Source of the DNA: an uncultured delta proteobacterium
Lineage (GTDB): Bacteria; Desulfobacterota; Binatia; HRBIN30; BPIQ01
DNA length: 64,000 bases
Direction of reading: 5' to 3'
NCBI GenBank assembly: GCA_963761335.1
Contig: CAVXGR010000005.1
Span: forward strand, 352,001-416,000
Position 1 is the first letter of the stretch, and each line of letters begins with the position of its first letter. Positions 13,923-22,980 of this stretch are shown here, in pieces. A program made the translations under genes and the position numbers. Below the pieces are notes generated by a model, which was not told the origin of the DNA, made no database searches, and worked only from the letters and a program-made list of their open reading frames with translations.

Positions 13923-15359
13923 ATGGCGCAGACGGCACAGATCCGGCGGCTCGAGGTGATCGACAACGAGGCGCAGCGCGTCTGCGCGCTGCAACGGCAA
14001 GCGTATCTGCGCCATCCGTATCCGAGCCTCGAGGAGCGGCGCGAGAGCCTGAGCAAGGTGGAGCGCATCCTGCTCGAGAACGCCGATGCCATCGCCGAGG
14101 CCATCAACTGCGACTTCGGGCATCGCTCCGCCGAAGAGTCGAAGATGCTGGAGCTCTTCACCTGCGTCGACGGCATCCGCTATGCCCGCCGCAAGGTGGC
14201 CAAATGGATGAAGCCGCAGCGGCGCCACGTTTCCGTGCTCTTCGCCACCGCCAAGAATCGCGTCATCCCGCAGCCCAAGGGCGTCGTCGGCATCGTCTCG
14301 CCGTGGAACTATCCACTCTTTCTCACCATCAGTCCGCTCACCAGTGTCCTCGCCGCCGGCAACCGAGCGATGATCAAGATGGCGTCTCACTCGCAGACGC
14401 TCTGCCGTCTCTTGCAGGAGAAGTTCCGTGAGCAGTTCTCCGAGGACACCGTCGCCATTCTCCCCGGGGTGCGCTCCCAGGACTTCTCGACGCTGCCGTT
14501 CGACCACCTCATCTTCACCGGCTCCGCGGACGCCGGGCGCACGGTCATGCGCTCGGCGGCGGAGAACCTGACGCCGGTGACCCTCGAGCTCGGCGGCAAG
14601 TCGCCGACCGTCATCTGCGACGACTACGACGTCGAGGAGGCAGCCGAACGCATTCTCTACGGAAAGCTCGTCAACGCCGGACAGACCTGCTTGGCCCCGG
14701 ATTACCTGTTCGTGCCCCGCGACAAGCGCGATCAGTTCGTCGAAGCGGCAAAGCGCATCGTCGCGCACCGCTATCCCGACATCAACGACCGCAGCTTCAC
14801 CTCGGTCATCGACGACAAGTCCTACATCCGGCTGCGCAACACGCTCGAGGACGCGCAGCGGAAGGGGGCGCAGATCGTGCCCCTGGTGCCGGGCGCTGCG
14901 TTCAACGACAGCCTGCGCAAGGTCCCGCCGCATCTCGTCCTCGAGCCGACCGACGACATGATGATCATGCAGGAGGAGATCTTCGGGCCGCTGTTTCCGG
15001 TGAAGTCTTATGACGACCTCGACGAGGTCATCCGCTACATCAACCTGCGGGACCGGCCACTCGGGTTCTACTTCTTCACCAACGACGGCGAGAAGGAGAA
15101 CAAGCTGCTCTACGGCACCATCTCCGGCGGCGTGACCATCAACAACGTCGTCTTCCACGTGGCCCAGCACGACATGCCCTTTGGCGGTATCGGTGCCAGC
15201 GGCATGGGGCAATACCACGGCTACGAGGGCTTCGCCGAGCTCAGCAAGCTGCGCCCGGTGTTCACCAACCCGCGCTTCTCCCTGCTGCGCATGTTCTACC
15301 CGCCGTACAAGCGGCGGCACGCGCGCATGGTCAACCTGCTGCTCAAGCTGAAGCGCTAG
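13923..15359 (+). CDS. Aldehyde dehydrogenase, coniferyl-aldehyde dehydrogenase (CalB)-like
   Basis: SPWNYP, FTGS, LELGGKSP, NAGQTC (catalytic Cys), EEIFGP, PFGGIGASG. Confidence 0.93.
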   Translation: MAQTAQIRRLEVIDNEAQRVCALQRQAYLRHPYPSLEERRESLSKVERILLENADAIAEAINCDFGHRSAEESKMLELFTCVDGIRYARRKVAKWMKPQRRHVSVLFATAKNRVIPQPKGVVGIVSPWNYPLFLTISPLTSVLAAGNRAMIKMASHSQTLCRLLQEKFREQFSEDTVAILPGVRSQDFSTLPFDHLIFTGSADAGRTVMRSAAENLTPVTLELGGKSPTVICDDYDVEEAAERILYGKLVNAGQTCLAPDYLFVPRDKRDQFVEAAKRIVAHRYPDINDRSFTSVIDDKSYIRLRNTLEDAQRKGAQIVPLVPGAAFNDSLRKVPPHLVLEPTDDMMIMQEEIFGPLFPVKSYDDLDEVIRYINLRDRPLGFYFFTNDGEKENKLLYGTISGGVTINNVVFHVAQHDMPFGGIGASGMGQYHGYEGFAELSKLRPVFTNPRFSLLRMFYPPYKRRHARMVNLLLKLKR

Positions 15360-15379
15360 CCCCGAGGCGAGCCGCCAAA

Positions 15380-15430
15380 GTAGAAGCGCCGTCCCGGCGC
15401 TTCATCGAAGCGGCGAGACGCCGCTTCTAC
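15380..15430. repeat. GTAG-type REP doublet
   Basis: GTAGAAGCGCCGTCCCGGCGCTTC...GAAGCGGCGAGACGCCGCTTCTAC. Confidence 0.85.
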
Positions 15431-15558
15431 TGCACTGCACTTCTACTGCAGCCCGTCCGACGGCGGGCGCGGCCTGGGACTTTGCCCGCGCCCCTGCCCC
15501 GTGCCCGGCTTTTTCCCGCGCCGTTCAGAGGCGGGCAGGGGCACGGGGCTGGGGATTC

Positions 15559-16299
15559 TTACTTCTTCTTCTCTTCCTGCTTCTGCGGCTTCATCTCCAT
15601 CTTCTTCGGCGCCGGCCCTGGCGTCGGGGCGCTGACGATCTCTCGGAGCTGAACGTCGAAGACCAGCGTCGACCCGGGCTTGATCTTGGGCGGCGAGCCG
15701 CGGTCGCCGTAGGCGGTATCGGAGGGACACACCAGCTTGGCCTCGCCTCCGACTTTCATCTTGGCGACGCCCTGGGTCCAGCAGGAGATCACGCCGTTCA
15801 GCGGGAAGACCGCCGGCTGGCCGCGCTCCTTGGTGCTGTCGAAGACGGTGCCGTCGATCAGCTTGCCGACATAGTCGACCTTGACCCGATCGGACGCCTG
15901 CGGGCTGGCCCCCGTGCCTTCCTTGACCGGAATGTAGATGGCGCCGTTGTCGAGCTTCTCGGCCCCCTTTTCCTTGGCCGCGTCGGCGATGTACGACTCG
16001 CCCTTCTTCTTCTCGACGGCGGCCGCCGCCTCGGTCCGCTTCTGAACGAACTCCTGGATCTTCTGGGCGTACTTGGAGAAGTCGACCTTCGGCTCCCGAC
16101 TCAGGGAGCCGTCGGTAAGACCCTGCTCCACGGTCTTCACCTCGGACTCGTTCAGGTTGAAGGGGACCAGGCTGCGGCTGAGGGCCAAGCCGATGGCGTA
16201 GAGCACCTTGTCGTCTTCGCTCTTGAGCTCTTGGGCCCAGGTGCTGGAGGTGGCTGCCACGAGCAGGGCAGCGGTCAGGACGATGGCAAATTTTGGCAT
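15559..16299 (-). CDS. FKBP-type peptidyl-prolyl isomerase, exported (FkpA/Mip-like)
   Basis: Signal peptide, FKBP_N, VDYVGKLIDGTVFDS, VISCWTQG, AYG, IKPGSTLVFDVQL. Confidence 0.95.
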   Translation of the reverse strand: MPKFAIVLTAALLVAATSSTWAQELKSEDDKVLYAIGLALSRSLVPFNLNESEVKTVEQGLTDGSLSREPKVDFSKYAQKIQEFVQKRTEAAAAVEKKKGESYIADAAKEKGAEKLDNGAIYIPVKEGTGASPQASDRVKVDYVGKLIDGTVFDSTKERGQPAVFPLNGVISCWTQGVAKMKVGGEAKLVCPSDTAYGDRGSPPKIKPGSTLVFDVQLREIVSAPTPGPAPKKMEMKPQKQEEKKK

Positions 16300-16396
16300 A
16301 GAGGCTCCTCTTCGGTGTAGGTGGCCGCCGCCTGGTCGCGAGGGCCGGTACGGCAGTACTAGACGGGATGGGGAATGGAGGCAAGCCGGCGCAGAC

Positions 16397-16895
16397 GGGG
16401 ACAGGCTACTTTTGAGCCTCGATATTTCACGCTGGGAACGATCTCGTCCGCAGAAGTTGCCTGCTTCGAAAATCTGTTGGGTGAAGGTCTGGCGGAGCTC
16501 CCCCGCGCTTGGCGTGGAGGCTTATCGCCCCGGAGGGGCGCAGGCATGTAGCCCCGGGTGTTACCCGGGGACCGTGTTCCGATTGGCCCAGATCAGCGCC
16601 CCGCAGGGGCGCAGGCGTAGAGGCCGCGTGAATCACCTCGATGAGCTTCCCACGCACCCAGCGGTGATCATCGGCGTACAGGCGTGACATCGACGAAAAC
16701 TTGCCCGCGCCCCTGGCGGGGCGCGCCTGACGGAGGGCGCATTCTTCCCCGGGTTTCACCCGGGGCTACACGCCACCGCCCCTCCGGGGCGAGCTTCAGC
16801 CGGGCGAGGACCTCCAAGTCTCTTGCCGGCGCAGATCCCCAGCCTCATTTTCATCGTCTATTGGTGAGCCGTAAGGCTCATGACGCACTGTCCCC
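16397..16895. repeat. GGGGACAG-type REP pair whose right arm is interrupted by a cassette
   Basis: GGGGACAGGCTACTTTT - 38 bp - AGAAGTTGCCTG[cassette]TCCCC. Confidence 0.8.
16464..16890 (+). mobile_element. Non-autonomous REP-targeting cassette, cargo type 1 (427 bp)
   Basis: CTG|CTTCGAAAATCTGTTGGGTG ... ATTTTCATCGTCTATTGGTGAGCCGTAAGGCTCATGACGCA|CTG; near-identical copies at 26850, 27396, 36104 and 50916. Confidence 0.8.
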
Positions 16896-16915
16896 ATCCG
16901 CCACTGCCCGCCCCG

Positions 16916-19360
16916 TCATTCCGCCGGGATCACCTGCAGCTCGAGGGTGTGCATGGCGCCGTCATGGGCGCACTGCAGGGGTGCCCCGGGGGAGAGGGCG
17001 AGGCCGTCCAGAAGGGTCGGGCGCAAATGGGTGGCGTGCAGGCGGATCTCCGCCATCGAGCGCGGCGAGGAGTAGAGCCCGTCACTGGTGCCGAGCCGCA
17101 CGAACGCGGCGCTGCCCCGCTGCTCGACGGTCACCGGAGTCAGCCGCCAGGCGCCATCGCGATGCTCGAAGGAGATGCCGTCGTCCTCGTACAGCTCGCC
17201 GATCCGGCCCTCGGACTGGGTGTCGAGGAAGACCTCCCACGAGATCGGGCCGTCGGCGCGGTCGTTCGCGAAGCGCACGTCCCCCTGCGTGGGAATTGCG
17301 CAGCCGGCCCGCGCATAGAGCGGCATGTGCTCCAGCGGCGCTTCCACCTCGATCACCCCGCCGCCCTCGATGGCGACGCCGGTCTCCCACTCGAACCATC
17401 TGCCGGCCGGCAGCAGCACCTGGCGCCGCGTCGCGCCGGCGTCGAGGATCGGCGCTGCCATCAGCGCCGGTCCGATCATCACCTGGTCCTCGATGCCGGC
17501 GAGGCGCGTGTCGTCGGGAAACTCGGCAAACAGCGGTCGCCAGATCGGCATTCCGGTTCGCGACGCGTGCCAGAAGCAGGTGTACAGATACGGCAGCAGG
17601 CGGTAGCGCCGCTTGAGGGCGGCGCGGGAGATGGCCTCGACCCGTGGTCCGAAGCTCCAGGGCTCCTGGCGATGCGTGTGGATGCTGGTGTGAGAGCGGC
17701 AGAACGGCGCCAGGGCGCCGATCTGCATCCAGCGGGCGTAGAGCTCCGGGGTGGCATCGCCGGCGAAGCCGCCGATGTCGGTACCGGCGAAGGCAACTCC
17801 GGACAGTCCCATGCCGAGCAGCATGGGGATGCTCTGCCGCAGCGCCGCCCAGTTGCTGACCACGTCGCCGGTCCACTGCGCAGCGTAGCGCTGCGTCCCC
17901 GCGAAGGCGGCGCGCGTCAGCACGAAGGGACGCTCGCCGGGACGCAGGCGCAGCATTCCCTCGTAGGTGGCACGGGTGTGCTCGTGCCCGTAGGCGTTGT
18001 GCACCTCGGCATGAGGAACCGAGCGACCGTCGTCGAGACGGTGTACCAGGTCGCCGAGCTTCGCCGGACGCACGGGCAGCATGGCGTCCTCGAGGTAGAG
18101 GCAGCGACCGAACCCGGAAGGCTCGTTCATGTCGTTCCAGATCCCGGCGATGCCGGCGTCCAGGTAGAAGCGGTGCCATTCTCCCCACCACTCGCGCACG
18201 GCGCTGCGGAAGAAGTCGGGAAAGGCGGCGTCGCCCGGCCAGACCTTCATGGTGAACAGCCGTCCATTGCGGCGCGTGGCGAAGAAGCTGCGGGCGACGC
18301 CGTCGCGAAACACCTCATAGCGGCGATCGGTCTTGACGCCGGGATCGACGATCGCCACGGCGCGCATGCCCTCGGCGGCGAGATCGGCGGCCAGCTGCGC
18401 CGGTTGCGGAAAGCGTTCGGCATCGAAAGTGAAGACGCGAAAGCCGCGCATCGCGTGGATGTCCAGATGAATCACGTCGTTGGGAATGTCGCGGCGGCGG
18501 AACTCGCCGGCGATCTCGCGAACCTCGTCGGCGTCGTTGTAGGACCAGCGCGACTGGTGGTGCCCGAGCGACCAGAGCGGCGGCAGCGGCGCTCGTCCGC
18601 TGAGCCCCGTGTACTGCCGCATGACGTCGGCGAGGGTGGGGCCGGTGAACACCACGTAGACCAGAGCGCCGCGGCGCGGCCCGCACGCCAGGCGCGAGGC
18701 CGCGGTGCAGCCGACGTCGAAAACGGTGCGCGCCGCGGAATCGAGCAGGACGCCGACGCAGCGCGAGCCGCGGGCGAGGATCAGCAGGGGCACGGACGAA
18801 TAGGTGGGGTCGGTGTGCTGGCCGACGACCATGTCGCGGTTCCACAGCATGGTGCGGCGGCCGCGCCGGTCGAGCGCGCCGACCTTGGCACCGAGACCGT
18901 AGACGCGGTCGGCGTCGCCGAGCCTCCAGTGCACCCGCCAGCCGCGCCGCGTCTGCGCCGTTCCCAGATCGGTATCCTCGGCGAGCAGCTCCTCGCCGTC
19001 GCTGCCGTGGACGGTCAGGCGCAGGGGCGAGCGCGCCACCTCGACACGGGCGGCGGCGGAGCCGATCGACCAGCCCGACTCTCCCTCCTCCAGCGAGATG
19101 GCGCCTGGGGGCGCGTAATCCGCGCCGGCGACGCGCGCGAACGACGGCATCTCGAGATCGCCGGTCGCGGCGACGCGGACCTCAATGATGTCGTCGCTGA
19201 GGAAGCCGACCTGCACGGCGCCGCGGTCGAGCGAGACCGCGAGCCCGGCCGGCAACGGCGTTGCCTGAAGGGCGCCGCCCAGCGGCTGCGGTGAGGGATC
19301 GGGCGGCTCCGGGACGATGGGGCGAGCCAGCCACTCGGCAAACCATGCGGGTGCGTTCAT
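16916..19360 (-). CDS. Glycoside hydrolase family 31 (alpha-glucosidase-like)
   Basis: HQSRWSY, IHLDI, WNDMNEP nucleophile, WTGD acid/base, DIGGF, QEPW. Confidence 0.93.
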   Translation of the reverse strand: MNAPAWFAEWLARPIVPEPPDPSPQPLGGALQATPLPAGLAVSLDRGAVQVGFLSDDIIEVRVAATGDLEMPSFARVAGADYAPPGAISLEEGESGWSIGSAAARVEVARSPLRLTVHGSDGEELLAEDTDLGTAQTRRGWRVHWRLGDADRVYGLGAKVGALDRRGRRTMLWNRDMVVGQHTDPTYSSVPLLILARGSRCVGVLLDSAARTVFDVGCTAASRLACGPRRGALVYVVFTGPTLADVMRQYTGLSGRAPLPPLWSLGHHQSRWSYNDADEVREIAGEFRRRDIPNDVIHLDIHAMRGFRVFTFDAERFPQPAQLAADLAAEGMRAVAIVDPGVKTDRRYEVFRDGVARSFFATRRNGRLFTMKVWPGDAAFPDFFRSAVREWWGEWHRFYLDAGIAGIWNDMNEPSGFGRCLYLEDAMLPVRPAKLGDLVHRLDDGRSVPHAEVHNAYGHEHTRATYEGMLRLRPGERPFVLTRAAFAGTQRYAAQWTGDVVSNWAALRQSIPMLLGMGLSGVAFAGTDIGGFAGDATPELYARWMQIGALAPFCRSHTSIHTHRQEPWSFGPRVEAISRAALKRRYRLLPYLYTCFWHASRTGMPIWRPLFAEFPDDTRLAGIEDQVMIGPALMAAPILDAGATRRQVLLPAGRWFEWETGVAIEGGGVIEVEAPLEHMPLYARAGCAIPTQGDVRFANDRADGPISWEVFLDTQSEGRIGELYEDDGISFEHRDGAWRLTPVTVEQRGSAAFVRLGTSDGLYSSPRSMAEIRLHATHLRPTLLDGLALSPGAPLQCAHDGAMHTLELQVIPAE

Positions 19361-19421
19361 GCCGGCGAGCGATATCGTCGCCGGCCCGCCGGCGCAAGAG
19401 AGGGGCGGGGTGCTCCGGGCG

Positions 19422-19631
19422 TCACAGGTCGGGACGTACCTGCCAAGCGACACCCTTGTCGGCCTTGGCCTCCTCGATCGTGCGAATGCGTGTTACCCCG
19501 CGGCGAATGGCGCGCCGCGAGCGAGCCATGTCGCTCAGCCTCTTCATACGCAGCAAGATCCGAGGGTCGTCCGCTGTAAGCCACAGCGCCCGCCTCGCCT
19601 CGTCGAAGGTTCGGAACTTCTGAACCGGCAT
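19422..19631 (-). CDS. Small basic protein, putative partner of the upstream nucleotidyltransferase
   Basis: MPVQKFRTFDEARRALW...IRTIEEA, directly after the NTase stop codon. Confidence 0.65.
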   Translation of the reverse strand: MPVQKFRTFDEARRALWLTADDPRILLRMKRLSDMARSRRAIRRGVTRIRTIEEAKADKGVAWQVRPDL

Positions 19632-19632
19632 C

Positions 19633-20103
19633 TCAGTCATCCTCGAGATGAAACTTTGCCTTCAGATCTACGGCGTCGGCTCGATCAAGCGGGCGCACGG
19701 TGTTCTTTTTCATCCGATAGAGCATTCGCGGCGTGGCCAAACGCGCCCGTATACCGCCGCGATCGATCCATTCGTATTCCATGTCGGCAAAGGCGTAGGC
19801 GTCCCCGAGCCGAGAGACCAGATCGATGTAGAAGTCGTCGGGCGTACCGTATCGAACCACGGCGTACTCGCCCGCCAGATCCTCGGCGCGAATCTCGTCG
19901 ATTGACGGGTCAGCCCATACCTTTCGCAGGGCCCGGCGCAACCGGTCCACATTTTCCGACGCCGGGCTGATGAACAAGTCGATGTCGTCCGTGAACCGCA
20001 GAATCCCGTGCAGGTTGACTGCCTGTCCCCCGAAGAGGACGTATTCGACATTCTCGGCGTTCAGGGCGTCGAGCAGGTCGGGCAATCGATCGAGAGCGTT
20101 CAC
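19633..20103 (-). CDS. Minimal nucleotidyltransferase (DUF6036/AbiEii-like)
   Basis: YVLFGGQAVNLHGILRFTDDIDL Pol-beta NTase motif; C-terminal K...RPLDRAD. Confidence 0.8.
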   Translation of the reverse strand: MNALDRLPDLLDALNAENVEYVLFGGQAVNLHGILRFTDDIDLFISPASENVDRLRRALRKVWADPSIDEIRAEDLAGEYAVVRYGTPDDFYIDLVSRLGDAYAFADMEYEWIDRGGIRARLATPRMLYRMKKNTVRPLDRADAVDLKAKFHLEDD

Positions 20104-20224
20104 TTCCCAGAATTAGCACAGCCGACCAGTGGCGCGGAAGAATCATGCGCCTTCTCGCCCGTAGCCCAGAGCTGGGTACCGAATCGATGCAATCCGTGGT
20201 ACGCCGCGACCAGGGAGGAGAACC

Positions 20225-20941
20225 ATGACGAGACCCGTCGCGGTCGTTACGGGAGTCGGACCGGGAACCGGCGCCGCTCTGGCTCGCCGCTTTGCCGGTG
20301 GAGGCTATGCGGTGGCGATGCTGGCACGCAATGCGGACCGCCTGCGGGCGCTCGAGCAGGAGATCCCCGACGCCCGTGGCTTTGCCTGCGACGTCGCCGA
20401 TGAGGCGCAGCTCGATTCGACGATGGCGCGCATACGCACCGATCTCGGCCTTCCGTCGGTGCTCATTCACAATGCCGTCGGCGGCGCTTTCGGCGGCTTC
20501 CTCGACATCGACCCGCAGGTGCTCAATTACAACTTCCAGGTGAACACGATGGCGCTGCTGCATCTCGCCCGGCGTCTCGCCCCCGCCATGGTGGAAGCGG
20601 GCAAAGGCGCGATCATCGCCACCGGCAACACCTCCGCCCTGCGCGGCAAGCCCGCGTTCGCGGGCTTCGCTCCCAGCAAGGCCGCACAGCGCATTCTGAC
20701 CGAATCGATGGCGCGCGAGCTCGGTCCGAAAGGCGTCCATGTCGCCTACGTCGTCATCGACGCGGTGATCGATCTGGCGTGGACACGGCAGATGATGAAA
20801 GCGCGGCTGGGCAAGGAAGCCCCCGACGACTTCTTCATCCAGCCATCTTCGATCGCCGACGAAATCTGGCACGTCGTGCACCAAGACCCATGCGCCTGGT
20901 CTTTCAATGTCGAGATCCGCCCCTACGGCGAGAATTGGTAG
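20225..20941 (+). CDS. Short-chain dehydrogenase/reductase
   Basis: TGVGPGTG, HNA, FAPSK (atypical YxxxK); GGAGGA RBS. Confidence 0.9.
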   Translation: MTRPVAVVTGVGPGTGAALARRFAGGGYAVAMLARNADRLRALEQEIPDARGFACDVADEAQLDSTMARIRTDLGLPSVLIHNAVGGAFGGFLDIDPQVLNYNFQVNTMALLHLARRLAPAMVEAGKGAIIATGNTSALRGKPAFAGFAPSKAAQRILTESMARELGPKGVHVAYVVIDAVIDLAWTRQMMKARLGKEAPDDFFIQPSSIADEIWHVVHQDPCAWSFNVEIRPYGENW

Positions 20942-21076
20942 GCGTTGGCAGGCTGAAGCGTTCGGCCTCGACGTAGTAGGCGTGCTGGCAAGCACACATG
21001 CGCCGGTGCCACTCGGTCAGGAGACCTAGGGCCTCGGGACTCCAGTGCTGCGCAATGTGGCCATCGTCGCTGGCGA

Positions 21077-21126
21077 GTAGAAGCGGCGTCTCGCCGCTTC
21101 GGAAAGCGCCGGGACGGCGCTTCTAC
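21077..21126. repeat. GTAG-type REP doublet
   Basis: GTAGAAGCGGCGTCTCGCCGCTTCGGAAAGCGCCGGGACGGCGCTTCTAC. Confidence 0.85.
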
Positions 21127-21135
21127 TTTGGTAGG

Positions 21136-21268
21136 GTTGAAGAGGCTGTCTCAAAACCCCTGCAAGACGACTCCCGCCGGCTCGCGGGCCGAGTAGAAGC
21201 GGCGTCTCGCCGCTTCGGAAAGCGCCGGGACGGCGCTTCTACTTTGGTTTTGAGGCAGCCCCTTCAAC
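21136..21268. mobile_element. Small TIR-bounded element (MITE-like) containing a GTAG REP doublet (21193-21242)
   Basis: GTTGAAGAGGCTGTCTCAAAACC ... GGTTTTGAGGCAGCCCCTTCAAC, 23-bp inverted repeat with 2 mismatches. Confidence 0.6.
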
Positions 21269-22813
21269 TGCGGCTACCATCTCCCCTCCGAATCTCTCGG
21301 CGAGCGGGCGCTTGCGCACCTTTCCCTGGGGCTCGCGGGGCAGGTGGTCGACGATCTCGACGCGGCGCGGGCACTTGTAATGCGCCAGGTCGCGGCGGGC
21401 GAAGGCGATGATCTCCGCGGCGGTGGCACTGCAGGCGGGGCGCAGCTCGACGACCGCGAGCACCGACTTGCCCATCTCGGCATCGGGCACGCCGACCACG
21501 GCGACGTCGGCGACCGCCGGGTGCTGGAGCAGCACGCCCTCGACCTCGGCGGGGTAGACGTTGGCGCCGCCGGTGATGATCAGGTCGACGCGGCGGTCGG
21601 CGATGTACAGGTAGCCGTCGGCATCGAGATATCCGAGGTCACCGGCGGTGAAGAAGCCGTCGCGAAAGGCGGCGCGGTTCTTCGCCTCGGTGCCGCGGTA
21701 TGTGAAGTCCATGCGCGGCGCGCGCACATAGATGAGCCCCATCTCGCCCGGGGCACAGGCGCCGCCGTCCTCGTCGAGAATGCGGATCTCGTGGCCGGGC
21801 CACGGCCGCCCGACGCTGCCCGGCTTGCGCAGCCACTCGTCGCTGGAGATCTTGGTGAAGCCGCTCTCGGAGGCGCCGTAGAACTCGGTGACCGTGCCCG
21901 GCGGAAAGACCTCGATGATACCGCGCTTGACGTGTGATGGGCAGGGCGCGGCGGAGTGCAGCACCAGGTGCAGCGAGGACAGATCGCGGCGCCGCTCCCC
22001 CTCCTCGAGCTGCAGGATGCGGCTGAAGTGCGTCGGCACCATGAAGGTGTCGCTGACCCGATGCCTCTCGATCAGGCGCAGTGACTCGGCGGCGTCGAAG
22101 TGCGGCATGAGCACCACGCTGCCGCCGACCAGCAGGTGCATCTGCCCGTAGCTCGCCGGACCGGTGTGATACAGCGGGCCGGCGATCAGGTGCGTGGAGT
22201 CGGCGGTGAATCCCCACAGATTGGCGACCCCGAGCAGGCTCAGATGAGCGGCGGCGGGATCGAGCGGCCGGTCGATTCCCTTGGGCCTCCCGGTGGTGCC
22301 GGAGGTGTAGATCATCACGTTGAAGCCGCCGCCGAGGTAGGCGCCGTCGGGCTCGGCATCGTCCTCCGCCGCGAGCCGCTCCTCGTAGCTGCGGCCGCGC
22401 CAGGATGGCTCCTTGCCCGTGACCCACAGCATGTCCTCGGAGCCGCCCAGCTCGCCGAGGGCGCGGTCGATCTCTTCTCGCAGGAGGGCGCTGCCGACCA
22501 CGATGCGGGCTCGCGAGTCGGCCACCATGTAGGCGATCTCCGGCCCTTTCAGACGGTAGCCGACCGGCACGAGGAGAGCGCCGAGCTTGCCGGCGGCGTT
22601 CAGCAGCTCGAACCACTCGAAGCCGTTCGGCAGCACGGCAGCGACGCTGTCGCCGGCGCCGACGCCGGCGCGGCGCAGAGCGCGCGCCAGACGGTTGACG
22701 CGCGCTTCGAGGGCGCCATAGGTCAGCGTCGCCGCGCCGATGATCAGAGCCGGCTTCTGCGGCCATGAACGCGCATGGTGCGCAAGACCGATGTCCTTCG
22801 CCTCGGTGCTCAA
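21239..22813 (-). CDS. Acyl-CoA synthetase (AMP-binding enzyme)
   Basis: YTSGTTGRPKG, FYGASE, AGDLG, GGANVYPAEVE, LPREPQGKVRK. Confidence 0.93.
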   Translation of the reverse strand: MSTEAKDIGLAHHARSWPQKPALIIGAATLTYGALEARVNRLARALRRAGVGAGDSVAAVLPNGFEWFELLNAAGKLGALLVPVGYRLKGPEIAYMVADSRARIVVGSALLREEIDRALGELGGSEDMLWVTGKEPSWRGRSYEERLAAEDDAEPDGAYLGGGFNVMIYTSGTTGRPKGIDRPLDPAAAHLSLLGVANLWGFTADSTHLIAGPLYHTGPASYGQMHLLVGGSVVLMPHFDAAESLRLIERHRVSDTFMVPTHFSRILQLEEGERRRDLSSLHLVLHSAAPCPSHVKRGIIEVFPPGTVTEFYGASESGFTKISSDEWLRKPGSVGRPWPGHEIRILDEDGGACAPGEMGLIYVRAPRMDFTYRGTEAKNRAAFRDGFFTAGDLGYLDADGYLYIADRRVDLIITGGANVYPAEVEGVLLQHPAVADVAVVGVPDAEMGKSVLAVVELRPACSATAAEIIAFARRDLAHYKCPRRVEIVDHLPREPQGKVRKRPLAERFGGEMVAAVEGAASKPK

Positions 22814-22980
22814 CGGTTCGCTCGCTTTACGGGGTTGGACACACCACCGCTCGTCGTGCCATCGCTTCCTCCTTGCCCGTTTGCGCCTCCTATATCACGG
22901 CAGGCGCCGCGACCTCAGGGCAGGGAAGGGGGCCGTGGTCAAAATTCGAACCCCGCTCACCGCTGTGCTAGACGGCCTGG

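Noticed and set aside
15490..15550. Intrinsic terminator between the aldehyde dehydrogenase and FKBP genes
   Set aside because: A GC-rich inverted repeat (CCCCGTGCCC/GGGCACGGGG) is present, but it has a long loop and no properly placed U-tract.
16546..16573. Bridge-RNA-like target guide in cargo 1 (GTAGCC-hairpin-GGGGAC resembles the two halves of the target GTAGCCTGTCCCC)
   Set aside because: Only 6+6 nt in GC-rich sequence, the core is not included, the bases overlap the hairpin stem, and cargo 2 lacks it. Probably coincidence, but worth rechecking if an IS110 partner is found.
16427..16759. Recurrent ORFs inside cassettes (MSRLYADDHRW..., MTSTKTCPRP...; also at 27103, 27359, 36173, 50936)
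   Set aside because: Frames and lengths differ between copies, they run through palindromes, and they show no transposase motifs.
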